The notes beneath the pieces were generated by a model. The model had not been told where the DNA came from. It made no database searches and saw only the letters and a list, made by a program, of their open reading frames with translations. This document shows positions 8,586 to 17,084 of a stretch of 64,000 nucleotides of DNA, one piece after another. The DNA comes from an uncultured Patescibacteria group bacterium (GTDB lineage: Bacteria; Patescibacteriota; Microgenomatia; UBA10105; UBA927). How positions within the stretch are numbered: the stretch's first letter is position 1; each line of letters starts with the position of its first letter. Location: positions 10,740 to 74,739 of the forward strand of contig CAKZSU010000005.1 in the NCBI GenBank assembly GCA_937921305.1, written 5' to 3'. Both the position numbers and the translations under genes were made by a program.

Positions 8586-9103
8586 TATTTCTGTTTCTAT
8601 TGTTGCGCGATAGATGTTTTTTGCAAGTTTTTGCATAAGATTGACATCCTCTTTGAGATATCATTAAACAATATAAGTAGAAAAGCCAAAGAGCAACATA
8701 TTGTGTAGAAGAATATACTGTTGCTTGATCCTTTATAAGGAGTTCTTCTGGCGCTGTTTCTTGATATGTTGTTGTTCTTGTATATAGATATGATCGAAGC
8801 CTAAGGATTATAATTTCAATTGCTTTTGCGTTTCCTTGAAGAACGACGCTTTGATTATGAGATCTTATTGTTCGAATACGCCAGAGCATATCATTTTCTT
8901 CTATTACATATATATTCAGTTTCATCGTCAACACATTCCCCATAAAATCGTATTTCTCCTGAAATAAAAAGTGATCTTACATTTGCGCCGATTAGAAATT
9001 GATCTAGAAGATTCGCGTCTTCTTCAGTTAATTCAATAACTATTTCATCATGATTTTTTGGTGGATATTCTTGGATGCTTGATGATAATGCACTGATGAA
9101 CAT
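8551..9103 (-). pseudogene. Possible frameshifted gene: overlapping 130-aa and 70-aa minus-strand ORFs in different frames
   Basis: ORFs 8891-9103 and 8551-8943 overlap in different frames. AGGAGA lies 10 nt before the ATG at 9103. No homolog recognised. Confidence 0.2.
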
Positions 9104-9645
9104 AAATAACCGTTCTCCTGCTGTTTTATGCGTTTCTATGATGGTTGAGAGGATGTTGTTAGATGTTTCATGCGTAAAGATTTCATTTTTTGTTGGTAAT
9201 CTTTGATCCCGTTGTAAGTGATCTGGTTTAAATTGTGCAAAAGAATTTTTATCAACATTTTCTGTTTTGAAATTAATAGGTTTTTCTGGATTCTATGATC
9301 GAATTCTTTCTTGATGGGTTGTTATTTTTTCCTTTAAAAATGGGTCGACTATGGTATCAAGATTTGATAGATCAATACGTACCCTTTGTATGCATGTGGC
9401 GCATTGAGGAGCTTCGCAACATTGAAATGTTGCCTGTGATGATTGGTCTAATTCGTTTTATGCAATACTCCCTTGAGGAGTAGGAGATAGTTGTTGTTCG
9501 TGACGCATATTCCTCCTTTACAGACGATATTGTAGAAGTGGGAGTAGTACGCTCTTATAGTATTTTCTTGAGTGTAAAAACAACTATGTAGTTTAGTGGA
9601 AGGTATGTTTGATTCGCAAGATGCATTATAATAATTGTTATCATC

Positions 9646-10704
9646 ATGATCTTTCTTCTTGTTCTTGCATTTTTTGGTCTTTTGTTGAGTTTTTATCTTC
9701 TCGCGGTGATTTGCGATGAGTTTTTTGTTCCATCTCTTGATAGAATTTCTGGAAAGTTAAAATTGAATTCCGATGTCGCTGGGGCGACACTCATGGCGGT
9801 AGGATCGAGCGCGCCTGAATTTTTTACCTCTCTTTTTGCCGTGTTTCGTTCTGGCGGAATTGAGGATGTTGGAGTCGGGACGATTGTCGGGTCGGCGATT
9901 TTTAATATTCTTGTAATTATTGGCGCGTCTGCGTTATTTAAATCGGTAAAATTGACATGGCAACCCGTGCTTCGGGATACACTTTTTTATGTCTTGACGA
10001 TCATATTGCTTCTCTTTGTTTTTTGGGACGGAAAAGTTGTGATGTTTGAATCTCTTCTCTTTGTCTTCACTTATGGCGTATATATTGTCACGGTTTTATA
10101 TTGGAAAAAACTCTTTCCATATCGCGATGTTGATCCTATTGATTTGTTAGAGAAAGGGGAAAAAAGAAATGCGGTTGCAAAAATGTCGAGACGTCTGTTG
10201 TGTTGCGTGATTCCCGATGTTAAAATGTATAAACGATTGTATTTTCTCACATTTGTGATCTCCATTGGATGGATTGCTGGATTAAGTTATGCGCTTGTGG
10301 AGTCTGTGGTTATCATTGCTGATTTTTTTCATGTTAATCCAACATTTTTAGCGTTAACAGTGCTTGCAGCCGGCACATCGATTCCTGATCTCTTGTCGTC
10401 AGTCATCGTTGCGAAGGAGGGCAGAGGAGGTATGGCGGTGAGCAATGCGGTTGGATCAAATATTTTTGATATTTTATTCGGTCTTGGAGTTCCATGGCTT
10501 ATCATGTTGACCTTTCATAGTCAATCATTTGTTCCTGTTGGGACAGAGAATCTATTGGGGAGCGTATTTTTGTTGTTTGCTACCGTTGTGGCAATCTTAT
10601 TTTTATTGATTGTAAGAAACTGGAGAATCGGGCAGAGATCGGGACTTGTATTGATTGGGTTATATCTTCTGTTTATTATCTACACATTTTTTTATGTGGC
10701 GTAA
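9646..10704 (+). CDS. Na+/Ca2+ exchanger family antiporter (CaCA, YrbG-like)
   Basis: Two alpha-repeat motifs (GSSAPEFFTSL and GTSIPDLLSSV), about 10 TMs. Confidence 0.85.
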   Translation: MIFLLVLAFFGLLLSFYLLAVICDEFFVPSLDRISGKLKLNSDVAGATLMAVGSSAPEFFTSLFAVFRSGGIEDVGVGTIVGSAIFNILVIIGASALFKSVKLTWQPVLRDTLFYVLTIILLLFVFWDGKVVMFESLLFVFTYGVYIVTVLYWKKLFPYRDVDPIDLLEKGEKRNAVAKMSRRLLCCVIPDVKMYKRLYFLTFVISIGWIAGLSYALVESVVIIADFFHVNPTFLALTVLAAGTSIPDLLSSVIVAKEGRGGMAVSNAVGSNIFDILFGLGVPWLIMLTFHSQSFVPVGTENLLGSVFLLFATVVAILFLLIVRNWRIGQRSGLVLIGLYLLFIIYTFFYVA

Positions 10705-10708
10705 CTTT

Positions 10709-10782
10709 GGCAGGGACGTCAGGATTCGAACCTGAAAAAGCAGTTTTGGAGACTGCCGTGATACCATTTCACCACGTCCCTA
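10709..10782 (-). tRNA. tRNA-Trp (anticodon CCA)
   Basis: Folded by hand: acceptor AGGGACG/CGTCCCT, anticodon stem GCAGT/ACTGC, loop CTCCAAA, T-loop TTCGAAT. CCA is encoded. Confidence 0.85.
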
Positions 10783-11010
10783 AAGATTATCGTTGTTATT
10801 ATTGTACCACAGGATGAATGTATTCTGACATGCAGAATGTGTAGTGTTTCTTTTTAATTCTTCTTCAGTCAATGTCATTCTCATTTTGAATTTCTAGAAA
10901 TATATCAGTCGGCGTTAGATGCAGTAGGATCACTCGTTCATCATGATGCGCTGGATGAATTCAATTATGACAAGAGGAATAAGATAGCGAGTATTAAGAA
11001 GAGATTTCGT

Positions 11011-11505
11011 TTATTTAATTTGAATACTCATAAGAACTTCATCAAACGATTCGATGGTTCCGGATATGTAGAGATATTTTTTTGATGATGGATGCTGAAA
11101 GACAAGAGTTTTTCTTTGATTTTCTTGTTGTTCCGCATAGAGTTGAGCTGAAACTGTTCCAATTTGTTTCTTTTCCGTAGCGTTCATATTCTTATTAACA
11201 GGAGGCGTGTTTTGACAAAGAATAATAAGAAATTCATTCTCATTGTTTGTATTGACGAGCGTTATTCCGCCTGTTCCTATGTCTATGGATTGAAAGATAG
11301 CTGGATGCGAAAAGGAAATGTCGCATGTTTCTTTTGTGACCCATTGCGTTTGTTTTTGCGGTGTCAGCGCTGGCGTGATTTGCGATGCGGTTTGTGTTGG
11401 TTCTGTTGTCGTTTGTGGAGATACATATCTTGTAATATTTATCCCCGCGACAATCGCGGCAAAGACTGCCAGAAAAAGGATAAAGAAGAATGTATTTCTA
11501 TGCAT
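11011..11505 (-). CDS. Hypothetical membrane-anchored or secreted protein (164 aa)
   Basis: N-terminal hydrophobic segment FFFILFLAVFAAIVAG followed by a T/Q-rich linker. No motif recognised. Confidence 0.45.
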   Translation of the reverse strand: MHRNTFFFILFLAVFAAIVAGINITRYVSPQTTTEPTQTASQITPALTPQKQTQWVTKETCDISFSHPAIFQSIDIGTGGITLVNTNNENEFLIILCQNTPPVNKNMNATEKKQIGTVSAQLYAEQQENQRKTLVFQHPSSKKYLYISGTIESFDEVLMSIQIK

Positions 11506-11530
11506 ACTACCATTCTAGCATAGAAAATTT

Positions 11531-11704
11531 TTAATGAAGTCTTGCCATTTCTTTGTGTTCTGTGTGTTTTTTGCACTGTGGACAATGTTTTGACAATTTT
11601 ATTTTATCAGGCGTGTTGAGTTTGCTTCGTTCCGTGATATAGTTTTGTCTTTTGCAGGCGCCACATTGCAATCCGACATGAATGCGTTGTTGTTTCTTTG
11701 CCAT
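11531..11704 (-). CDS. rpmG: 50S ribosomal protein L33 (57 aa). Absent from the ORF track because it is under 60 aa
   Basis: Hand translation gives MAKKQQRIHVGLQCGACKRQNYITERSKLNTPDKIKLSKHCPQCKKHTEHKEMARLH, with C-x2-C...C-x2-C zinc ribbon. ATG at 11704, TAA at 11531-11533. Confidence 0.85.
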   Translation of the reverse strand: MAKKQQRIHVGLQCGACKRQNYITERSKLNTPDKIKLSKHCPQCKKHTEHKEMARLH

Positions 11705-11713
11705 AGAATCTTA

Positions 11714-12718
11714 TTATAGCTCAAGAAGTTTGTGTTCGACAAGTGTTTCTGCAACGCGTTGAGCAAACAGCGATCTTCCTTTCTCTGATGGGTGAATGTG
11801 ATCATGTGGGTTGATATACAGTGGATTGCCGTTGCCATCAGACTGAAGACTGGGATGATATGCATTCGCGAGAGGAAGTTGTTGGCTTCTCGCGAATCGA
11901 ATCGTTGATTCTAAATACTGTTTGATGGTGTTTATGCGTCTTTGCTTGTCTTCTAAAGAAAATGATAATCCTGCGCCGTCTCCAAATATTTTTGCGTTCG
12001 GCGCGACTGTAGCCGCGATGACGATTCGCGCCTGAGGAATATTCTGTCGTATAGTATCAACCGCGTTTGCTAAGGCGAGCCAATGTTTATCTATCGCGCC
12101 TTCGTCAAAGGAGTAGGGATTGTACGCAAATGATTCGATAACGACAATATTAGGGTGTTGCGATGCAAGAGATGGGATCGATCTACCAAGATACTCGTAT
12201 TGGTTTGTGATCCGTTGAATCCCATAGTCAATATTGGTCGCGCCAACACCATAATTAAGAATATTTACAGTTAGGTTGGGATAGTATGTTTGTATCGCTT
12301 GTTTCATCTCTGGCATGTCTTGTCCTAGTGTGTCGATCATTGAATCTCCAAGAAATGCTATTTTTACTGGATTTTTCCATAATCTTTGTGTTGATGTGTT
12401 TGATGGGGTGGGTATTGGTGTTGGTGTTGGCGACGGTGATGGCTGTCGCGTAGGTGTGAGGGATATAAGGGGCGTCGGAGAAATTAGTAAGGGTATTGTT
12501 GGCGCGGGAGAAGCGATGACCGTTGAGATTGGTTTCGTATCGACAGCATCCTTTTTGTCTTCCATGGTGATTTCCGTGCCTAACACAGAAGAAGAGGATT
12601 GTTTAACGATTTGAGCGAACGATTTTATTGGTTTTTCTGTATCCGCGAGCGGAGATATGATAACTTCTGTTGCATAGGTAATGATTCCAAAAAGTTCGAG
12701 CAGGCTTCGAATAGTCAT
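11714..12718 (-). CDS. SGNH/GDSL-family hydrolase (lipase/esterase-like) with an N-terminal Pro/Thr/Ser-rich linker
   Basis: GDS block IAFLGDSMID, a DxxH catalytic block near the C-terminus (NPHDHIHP), and a PSPSPTPTPIPTP linker. Confidence 0.75.
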   Translation of the reverse strand: MTIRSLLELFGIITYATEVIISPLADTEKPIKSFAQIVKQSSSSVLGTEITMEDKKDAVDTKPISTVIASPAPTIPLLISPTPLISLTPTRQPSPSPTPTPIPTPSNTSTQRLWKNPVKIAFLGDSMIDTLGQDMPEMKQAIQTYYPNLTVNILNYGVGATNIDYGIQRITNQYEYLGRSIPSLASQHPNIVVIESFAYNPYSFDEGAIDKHWLALANAVDTIRQNIPQARIVIAATVAPNAKIFGDGAGLSFSLEDKQRRINTIKQYLESTIRFARSQQLPLANAYHPSLQSDGNGNPLYINPHDHIHPSEKGRSLFAQRVAETLVEHKLLEL

Positions 12719-12748
12719 AATAAAGCGTTAAATGTGATACATATAAAG

Positions 12749-12820
12749 AGCCTGGAGTGGGAATCGAACCCACAGTCAACTCCTTACCATGGAGCCGTTT
12801 TACCACTAAACTATCCAGGC
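12749..12820 (-). tRNA. tRNA-Thr (anticodon GGT)
   Basis: Hand fold: acceptor GCCTGGA/TCCAGGC, anticodon loop ATGGTAA, T-stem GTGGG/CCCAC, loop TTCGATT. Confidence 0.85.
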
Positions 12821-12883
12821 ACTAATAGTTCTCATTCTAACAAAAATATTACATGGAACAAAGAGATAATTTTGAATTCTTTT

Positions 12884-13423
12884 TTACGGAAGAAGGAATG
12901 TTCTGCTGCAGGAAACATTGTTTCCGAGATCATCCACAATATCTGCTGTTACTTTTGTTGGAATATTTGGCGTTAATTTCACTCCCTTTGTCGTGCATCG
13001 GAAGGTTACACCTTTTCTTGTCGGAGATTCTATTAATTCTGGAGTAATTTTTTCCGTGACAAGAATATTATCATCTACGGACGCTTTGATTGTACATTTA
13101 ACCCGATTTACCGTTGATGGCGCTTCTCCTTCTGTTGATAAATAATAAACTCCTGGTATTCCTATCACAGTGTTATAATATTGTTGCGAGCAGGCGAGCG
13201 TGATAATTTCCTTTTCTTTCGCTATTTCATTCGTATTCATTTGTTCTATATTTGATTGCTTCGATGTTGCTTGTTGTTGAGTCATGGGTTTTGCGATTTG
13301 ATTCGGTCTATTATAAAGGAGAAATCCAACAATAATAACCACGGTAACAATCACGCCACCTAACACATAGAAAATAATCGTATTGTCATGTTTGTGATGT
13401 TTCTGTTCGTGGGTACTTTCCAT
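12884..13423 (-). CDS. Hypothetical membrane-anchored protein (179 aa)
   Basis: His-rich N-terminus, one TM (IIFYVLGGVIVTVVIIVGFLL), extracytoplasmic Cys-containing domain. Confidence 0.45.
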   Translation of the reverse strand: MESTHEQKHHKHDNTIIFYVLGGVIVTVVIIVGFLLYNRPNQIAKPMTQQQATSKQSNIEQMNTNEIAKEKEIITLACSQQYYNTVIGIPGVYYLSTEGEAPSTVNRVKCTIKASVDDNILVTEKITPELIESPTRKGVTFRCTTKGVKLTPNIPTKVTADIVDDLGNNVSCSRTFLLP

Positions 13424-13482
13424 ATTATATCAATTACTATAGAGAGAAAGAATTTTAATTGTCAAGAAGGTGAAAGTTTTTG

Positions 13483-13567
13483 TGCTGGGACCAGGATTCG
13501 AACCTGGGCAGCCCTTTCGGGCGACAGATTTACAGTCTGTTGCGATTGACCACTCCGCCACCCCAGC
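13483..13567 (-). tRNA. tRNA-Tyr (anticodon GTA), long variable arm
   Basis: Hand fold: acceptor GCTGGGG/TCCCAGC, anticodon stem ACAGA/TCTGT with loop CTGTAAA, variable arm GCCC-GAAA-GGGC, T-loop TTCGAAT. Confidence 0.85.
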
Positions 13568-13695
13568 GAAAATATGTATTTTATACTATGATTATACTGT
13601 ACTTTATGAATGTATGCATACTGGTATTTTTCCATATATGAATTAATAATTTTGAAAAAATAAAAAGGGGATAATAAAAAGAAAATATTTTTATT

Positions 13696-14013
13696 ATGAC
13701 AAGAAAAAATAGATTAAAAGCAAAAGTGTTGCCATTTGCTAAGCATATGGCGGCAATTGGAGATGTGACGCGTCTCTCGATCCTTTACATTCTTGCTCAT
13801 AAGCCATGCGATGTGCGGGAAATTGTCGATATTACAGGTGTTCATCCTGCGTTATTGTCGCATCACCTGAAGGTTTTAAAGGAATTTAGATGGGTGTCGT
13901 CTGTTCGCTTTGGAAAGCGGGTGGAGTACAGTATTGAGCCGAAAGCGTTTTTTGTGTTAAAGAATCTTTTTAAGGGGACAATTGTCGAGCGAGAGGTGTT
14001 TTCTTCATCGTAA
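13696..14013 (+). CDS. ArsR/SmtB-family HTH transcriptional regulator
   Basis: DVTRLSILYILAHKPCDVREIVDITGVHPALLSHHLKVLKEFRWV matches the ArsR wing-helix signature. Confidence 0.75.
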   Translation: MTRKNRLKAKVLPFAKHMAAIGDVTRLSILYILAHKPCDVREIVDITGVHPALLSHHLKVLKEFRWVSSVRFGKRVEYSIEPKAFFVLKNLFKGTIVEREVFSSS

Positions 14014-14020
14014 ATTTTTG

Positions 14021-14092
14021 AGCCAAGACGGGGATTCGAACCCCGGACCTACTGTTTACAAAACAGTTGCTCTACCACTGAGCTATCTTGGC
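14021..14092 (-). tRNA. tRNA-Thr (anticodon TGT)
   Basis: Hand fold: acceptor GCCAAGA/TCTTGGC, D-stem GCTC/GAGC, anticodon stem ACTGT/ACAGT with loop TTTGTAA, T-stem CGGGG/CCCCG. Confidence 0.85.
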
Positions 14093-14291
14093 GAGCATTA
14101 ACAATGCTCTTCATTGTATCAAATATTTTTTGTTTGAGGCAATATGGATTTAGAAGAAAGGAAGAATCCTTTTCAGAAGTTTTATAAATTTAGAACGAAT
14201 AAAATCTTTTAAGAATCCTTAAAAATAAAAAATAAGATCGCCCGGAGAGAGTTGGAGGAATTTTCCCCGATCGCAAAGAACGGAGAGATTG

Positions 14292-14316
14292 TCTAAATAT
14301 CCACGGATATTTAGAA
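14292..14316. promoter_or_regulatory. Perfect 11-bp inverted repeat with a 3-nt spacer (TCTAAATATCC-acg-GGATATTTAGA). Candidate operator or hairpin
   Basis: Read directly. It sits in the 560-bp non-coding region upstream of minus-strand tRNA-Thr(TGT). Confidence 0.3.
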
Positions 14317-14497
14317 CGTCATCTTGTTTCCCGATTATTTGTCGGAATACCTCATTACGGATGTATTGTGGAGGAAAATAATCTCCAACTTCACACGGGC
14401 ATTATTAGTATAGTAAAAGTGTGAAAAAAATCAATAGCTTAACGATTTTTTCTTATCCTAAATTTTTTAGATTGTTATGTTCGGTATTTTCACTGTG

Positions 14498-14590
14498 TCA
14501 TCCTGAATGTGGCTCAAGATCTGGAGAGAAACGAGAATAGCAATGCCTTTATCAAATCGTTTCTAGATGCTGAAACGAGTGCAGCATGAC
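14498..14590 (+). repeat. Conserved intergenic motif pair, copy 1: motif A 14498-14526 (TCATCCTGAATGTGgcTCAAGATCTGGAG) then motif B 14564-14590 (TAGATGCTGAAAcGAGTgCAgcaTGAC)
   Basis: Near-identical motifs recur at 37544-37630 in the opposite order, B then A. Confidence 0.6.
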
Positions 14591-14656
14591 AATGAAAAGA
14601 AGTATGTAGGATGAAAAACTATCCGCTTCATGTACTCCCTTCGATGAACAATTGCG

Positions 14657-15310
14657 TCACACGACAGGCGCTTGAGGGATGAGAATTCCAAGAAGGAATC
14701 TAATTGGTGGTCCAATGAGTTGCGCGATGGGCGATGCGCCTCCTGCGAGCGGAAGAAGAAGGATGATCAAGAAGATAAACCCATATCGTTCAAGTTCATA
14801 CCATTGCTTCGCGTATTCGCGAGAGAGAAATCCTCCCACAATTTTAAATCCGTCGAGAGGGTGGATAGGGATCAGATTAAAGACGCAGAGTAAAACATTC
14901 ATTGAAATAATTGTGACAAGAAATGCTGAAATGATTGGTATGCCAATAAACGAGACATCTAAACGGAGAAGCAAACGAAGGAGAATGGATGCCGCGATCG
15001 CAAGAAGGATGTTTGAAAGCGGTCCAGCGAGAGAAATAATCGCTGCGTCTTTTCTTGAGTTTCGAAGGTTAAAAGGGTCAAATTCAACAGGTTTTCCCCA
15101 GCCAAAGCGGAATAACAGAAGCATAATCAAACCGATCGGATCGATGTGTGCGATGGGGTTGAGTGTTAGCCGACCTTGCATTCTCGGCGTAGGATCACCC
15201 AATCTATCTGCAGCGACCGCGTGCGCGAATTCATGAATCGTAATTGCTATAATCAACGATATGAGTGAGAAAAAAAAGACAATTGGATTAGTAAAGAGTT
15301 CCTGTATCAC
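14657..15310 (-). CDS. Site-2 protease family (peptidase M50) zinc metalloprotease
   Basis: HEFAHA HExxH motif in a TM helix, a multi-TM topology, and a second metal-ligand block near LDG. Confidence 0.75.
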   Translation of the reverse strand: MIQELFTNPIVFFFSLISLIIAITIHEFAHAVAADRLGDPTPRMQGRLTLNPIAHIDPIGLIMLLLFRFGWGKPVEFDPFNLRNSRKDAAIISLAGPLSNILLAIAASILLRLLLRLDVSFIGIPIISAFLVTIISMNVLLCVFNLIPIHPLDGFKIVGGFLSREYAKQWYELERYGFIFLIILLLPLAGGASPIAQLIGPPIRFLLGILIPQAPVV

Positions 15311-15400
15311 AGATGTAATTGAAAATACTATTTATTCTATGATAGAGTATACAAGATTTGATAGCATTTTAGAAGGTTTTGCTATATAATAAGAATCTCT

Positions 15401-15649
15401 ATGTCATATCGTTGCGAACTCTGCGATAAGAAAACCCACATAGGAAGAACTAGTCGCCATCATCCAGGCGTAGCTGGGAAACAATGGAAGCGAAGAGCGC
15501 AGAAAACTATACGAACATTTAAGCCAAATCTTCATGTTGTCACCATGCAGATAGAAGGAGTTTTTCGTCGCGTAAAGGCGTGTACAAAATGTATTAAGCG
15601 AGTTAAATTTGAATCAAAGAAGTCTTCTCTTGGCGCGACAAGTAGTTAA
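15401..15649 (+). CDS. rpmB: 50S ribosomal protein L28
   Basis: RTFKPNLHVVTMQIEG aligns with the L28 core RRFLPNLH. A TATAAT hexamer (~15385) lies 10 nt before the ATG. Confidence 0.85.
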   Translation: MSYRCELCDKKTHIGRTSRHHPGVAGKQWKRRAQKTIRTFKPNLHVVTMQIEGVFRRVKACTKCIKRVKFESKKSSLGATSS

Positions 15650-15813
15650 TTCTAAGTATTAAATATTAGAGTTATAATTATTTTATTGATTTATCAATTT
15701 TTGTGCTTCGTGTTTAATATTTTACTTCTATCTTTAAGGGATTAAAGGGGGTATATATAATGAAAGAATTTTATTTCATTCAACTTTTCCTATGATAAAA
15801 AGTTTTTCAATTT

Positions 15814-16119
15814 TTATTCAAAGATCATGTCAACGGGTTTTTCAACATCATTTCTTGGACATGTAAGAATTGGACATTTTCTCCTCCGTGAATCAATTTG
15901 CTTGTATTCAACTTTCCATCCCTGAGGACAATCTTCTGGATTTCTTAGCTGTACTCGTGGACAAACAAAACCAGCTTGAACGCCAAGACTTGTCGCGCTT
16001 TCTTTTAGTGTTATTGCCATTATGGTAACCAGTAGTAATGAAAGAACAATAAAGATAATAAAATTCCATGATTGAAAATCGAATAATTTTGGTTGAAGTT
16101 GCATAGTTTTTTTTGCCAT
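15814..16119 (-). CDS. Hypothetical small membrane-anchored Cys-containing protein (101 aa)
   Basis: One TM (FIIFIVLSLLLVTIMAI), then a domain with four Cys. Confidence 0.4.
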   Translation of the reverse strand: MAKKTMQLQPKLFDFQSWNFIIFIVLSLLLVTIMAITLKESATSLGVQAGFVCPRVQLRNPEDCPQGWKVEYKQIDSRRRKCPILTCPRNDVEKPVDMIFE

Positions 16120-16155
16120 ATGTAATTCTACATTAGAATGTTTTGCCTTTTCTTG

Positions 16156-17079
16156 TCAAGAGATCAATTTTGCATAGAAAGCTATTTGTTTTGCTGGTTG
16201 AGGATTCCTTCCTTCTTGTTGTATTACATCGAGAATGAGCTTTTTTTCTGATATATGACTTTTAAGAAGTTTTATGCGTTTTCTGTTTGGAAGGATCGAC
16301 CATACCCCGGGCCATGGATGGTAGGCACGAATAGCTCGTTCGGTTCGTTCTGCGTCTATTCCTCCTTCTCGTATGGCTTGCTGAATTGTTTCCCATGGAA
16401 TATATCCGTCTTCTTTTGTGATTCTTCGAGCGAATGTTGTGCGTGATTCTTCTTGCGGTTCACCGTTGATATCTCCTCGAAGATATGCTGGCAAAATATT
16501 GACGAGAAGATCTGCTCCCATGCTGAATAACATCCTTCGAAGCGATTCGCGTTCTTCGTTGCCCATAAGCGGAATTGATTGTTGCGTGATGATTTTGCCT
16601 TCATCCATGCGATCAGTCAGTGTAACGATAGTGACTCCTGTTTCTGTATCTCCAGCAAGAATTTGCCATGGGATGGGATCTGCGCCGCGCCACCGGGGAA
16701 GAAGTGAAGGGTGTATATTGAGTCCGCCATATGTTGCGTTTTGAATCGTGCTTGATGGAATTTTTTGTCCATACGAAGCGCTGATAAGAAGATCCGCGTG
16801 ATATGAGGCAAGCGTATGGATGACGAATGATTCATCGGCGTAGAGGATTGAACCCTGTCCGGCGCTGAGAAAGGAAAGAACAGGGATGTTATGTTCTCGA
16901 GCCCAGAGTTCTGATGGGGTGGGTGTTATGATGTGTTTTCTGCCAACAGGTTTTGGCGGTTGTGTAACAACGGCAGCGATGTGGATGCGAAGGTCATTAC
17001 ATGTTTGAAGAAACAATCGTTGAAGAACAAGAAGAGAGTCTTCTGTTGAACCAAAAAAGAGAATCGATACCGTTTTCAT
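16156..17079 (-). CDS. fmt: Methionyl-tRNA formyltransferase
   Basis: Formyltransferase fold with the HPSLLPRWRG motif. Immediately downstream of def. Confidence 0.9.
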   Translation of the reverse strand: MKTVSILFFGSTEDSLLVLQRLFLQTCNDLRIHIAAVVTQPPKPVGRKHIITPTPSELWAREHNIPVLSFLSAGQGSILYADESFVIHTLASYHADLLISASYGQKIPSSTIQNATYGGLNIHPSLLPRWRGADPIPWQILAGDTETGVTIVTLTDRMDEGKIITQQSIPLMGNEERESLRRMLFSMGADLLVNILPAYLRGDINGEPQEESRTTFARRITKEDGYIPWETIQQAIREGGIDAERTERAIRAYHPWPGVWSILPNRKRIKLLKSHISEKKLILDVIQQEGRNPQPAKQIAFYAKLIS

Positions 17080-17084
17080 GCTCG

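Noticed and set aside
12400-12500. Short GT/GGTG-rich repetitive DNA, also at 56400-56520, resembling a degenerate tandem array
   Set aside because: These code for Pro/Thr/Ser-rich linkers of the GDSL hydrolase and of the secreted 274-aa protein. They have no CRISPR-like repeat-spacer periodicity.
14498-14526. Hammerhead-ribozyme core in motif A (CTGAATG)
   Set aside because: It fails the CUGANGA core (U at position 8 instead of G). No GAAA/helix III partner with a proper UH cleavage site was found.
14100-14656. RNase P RNA, tmRNA or SRP RNA in the 560-bp non-coding gap
   Set aside because: None of the universal cores were found by eye (GGAAAGTCCGGGCTCC / ACAGAACCCGGCTTA, the tmRNA tag ORF plus T-loop, AGGTCAGGTCCGGAAGGAAGCAGC). 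Other ncRNAs cannot be excluded.
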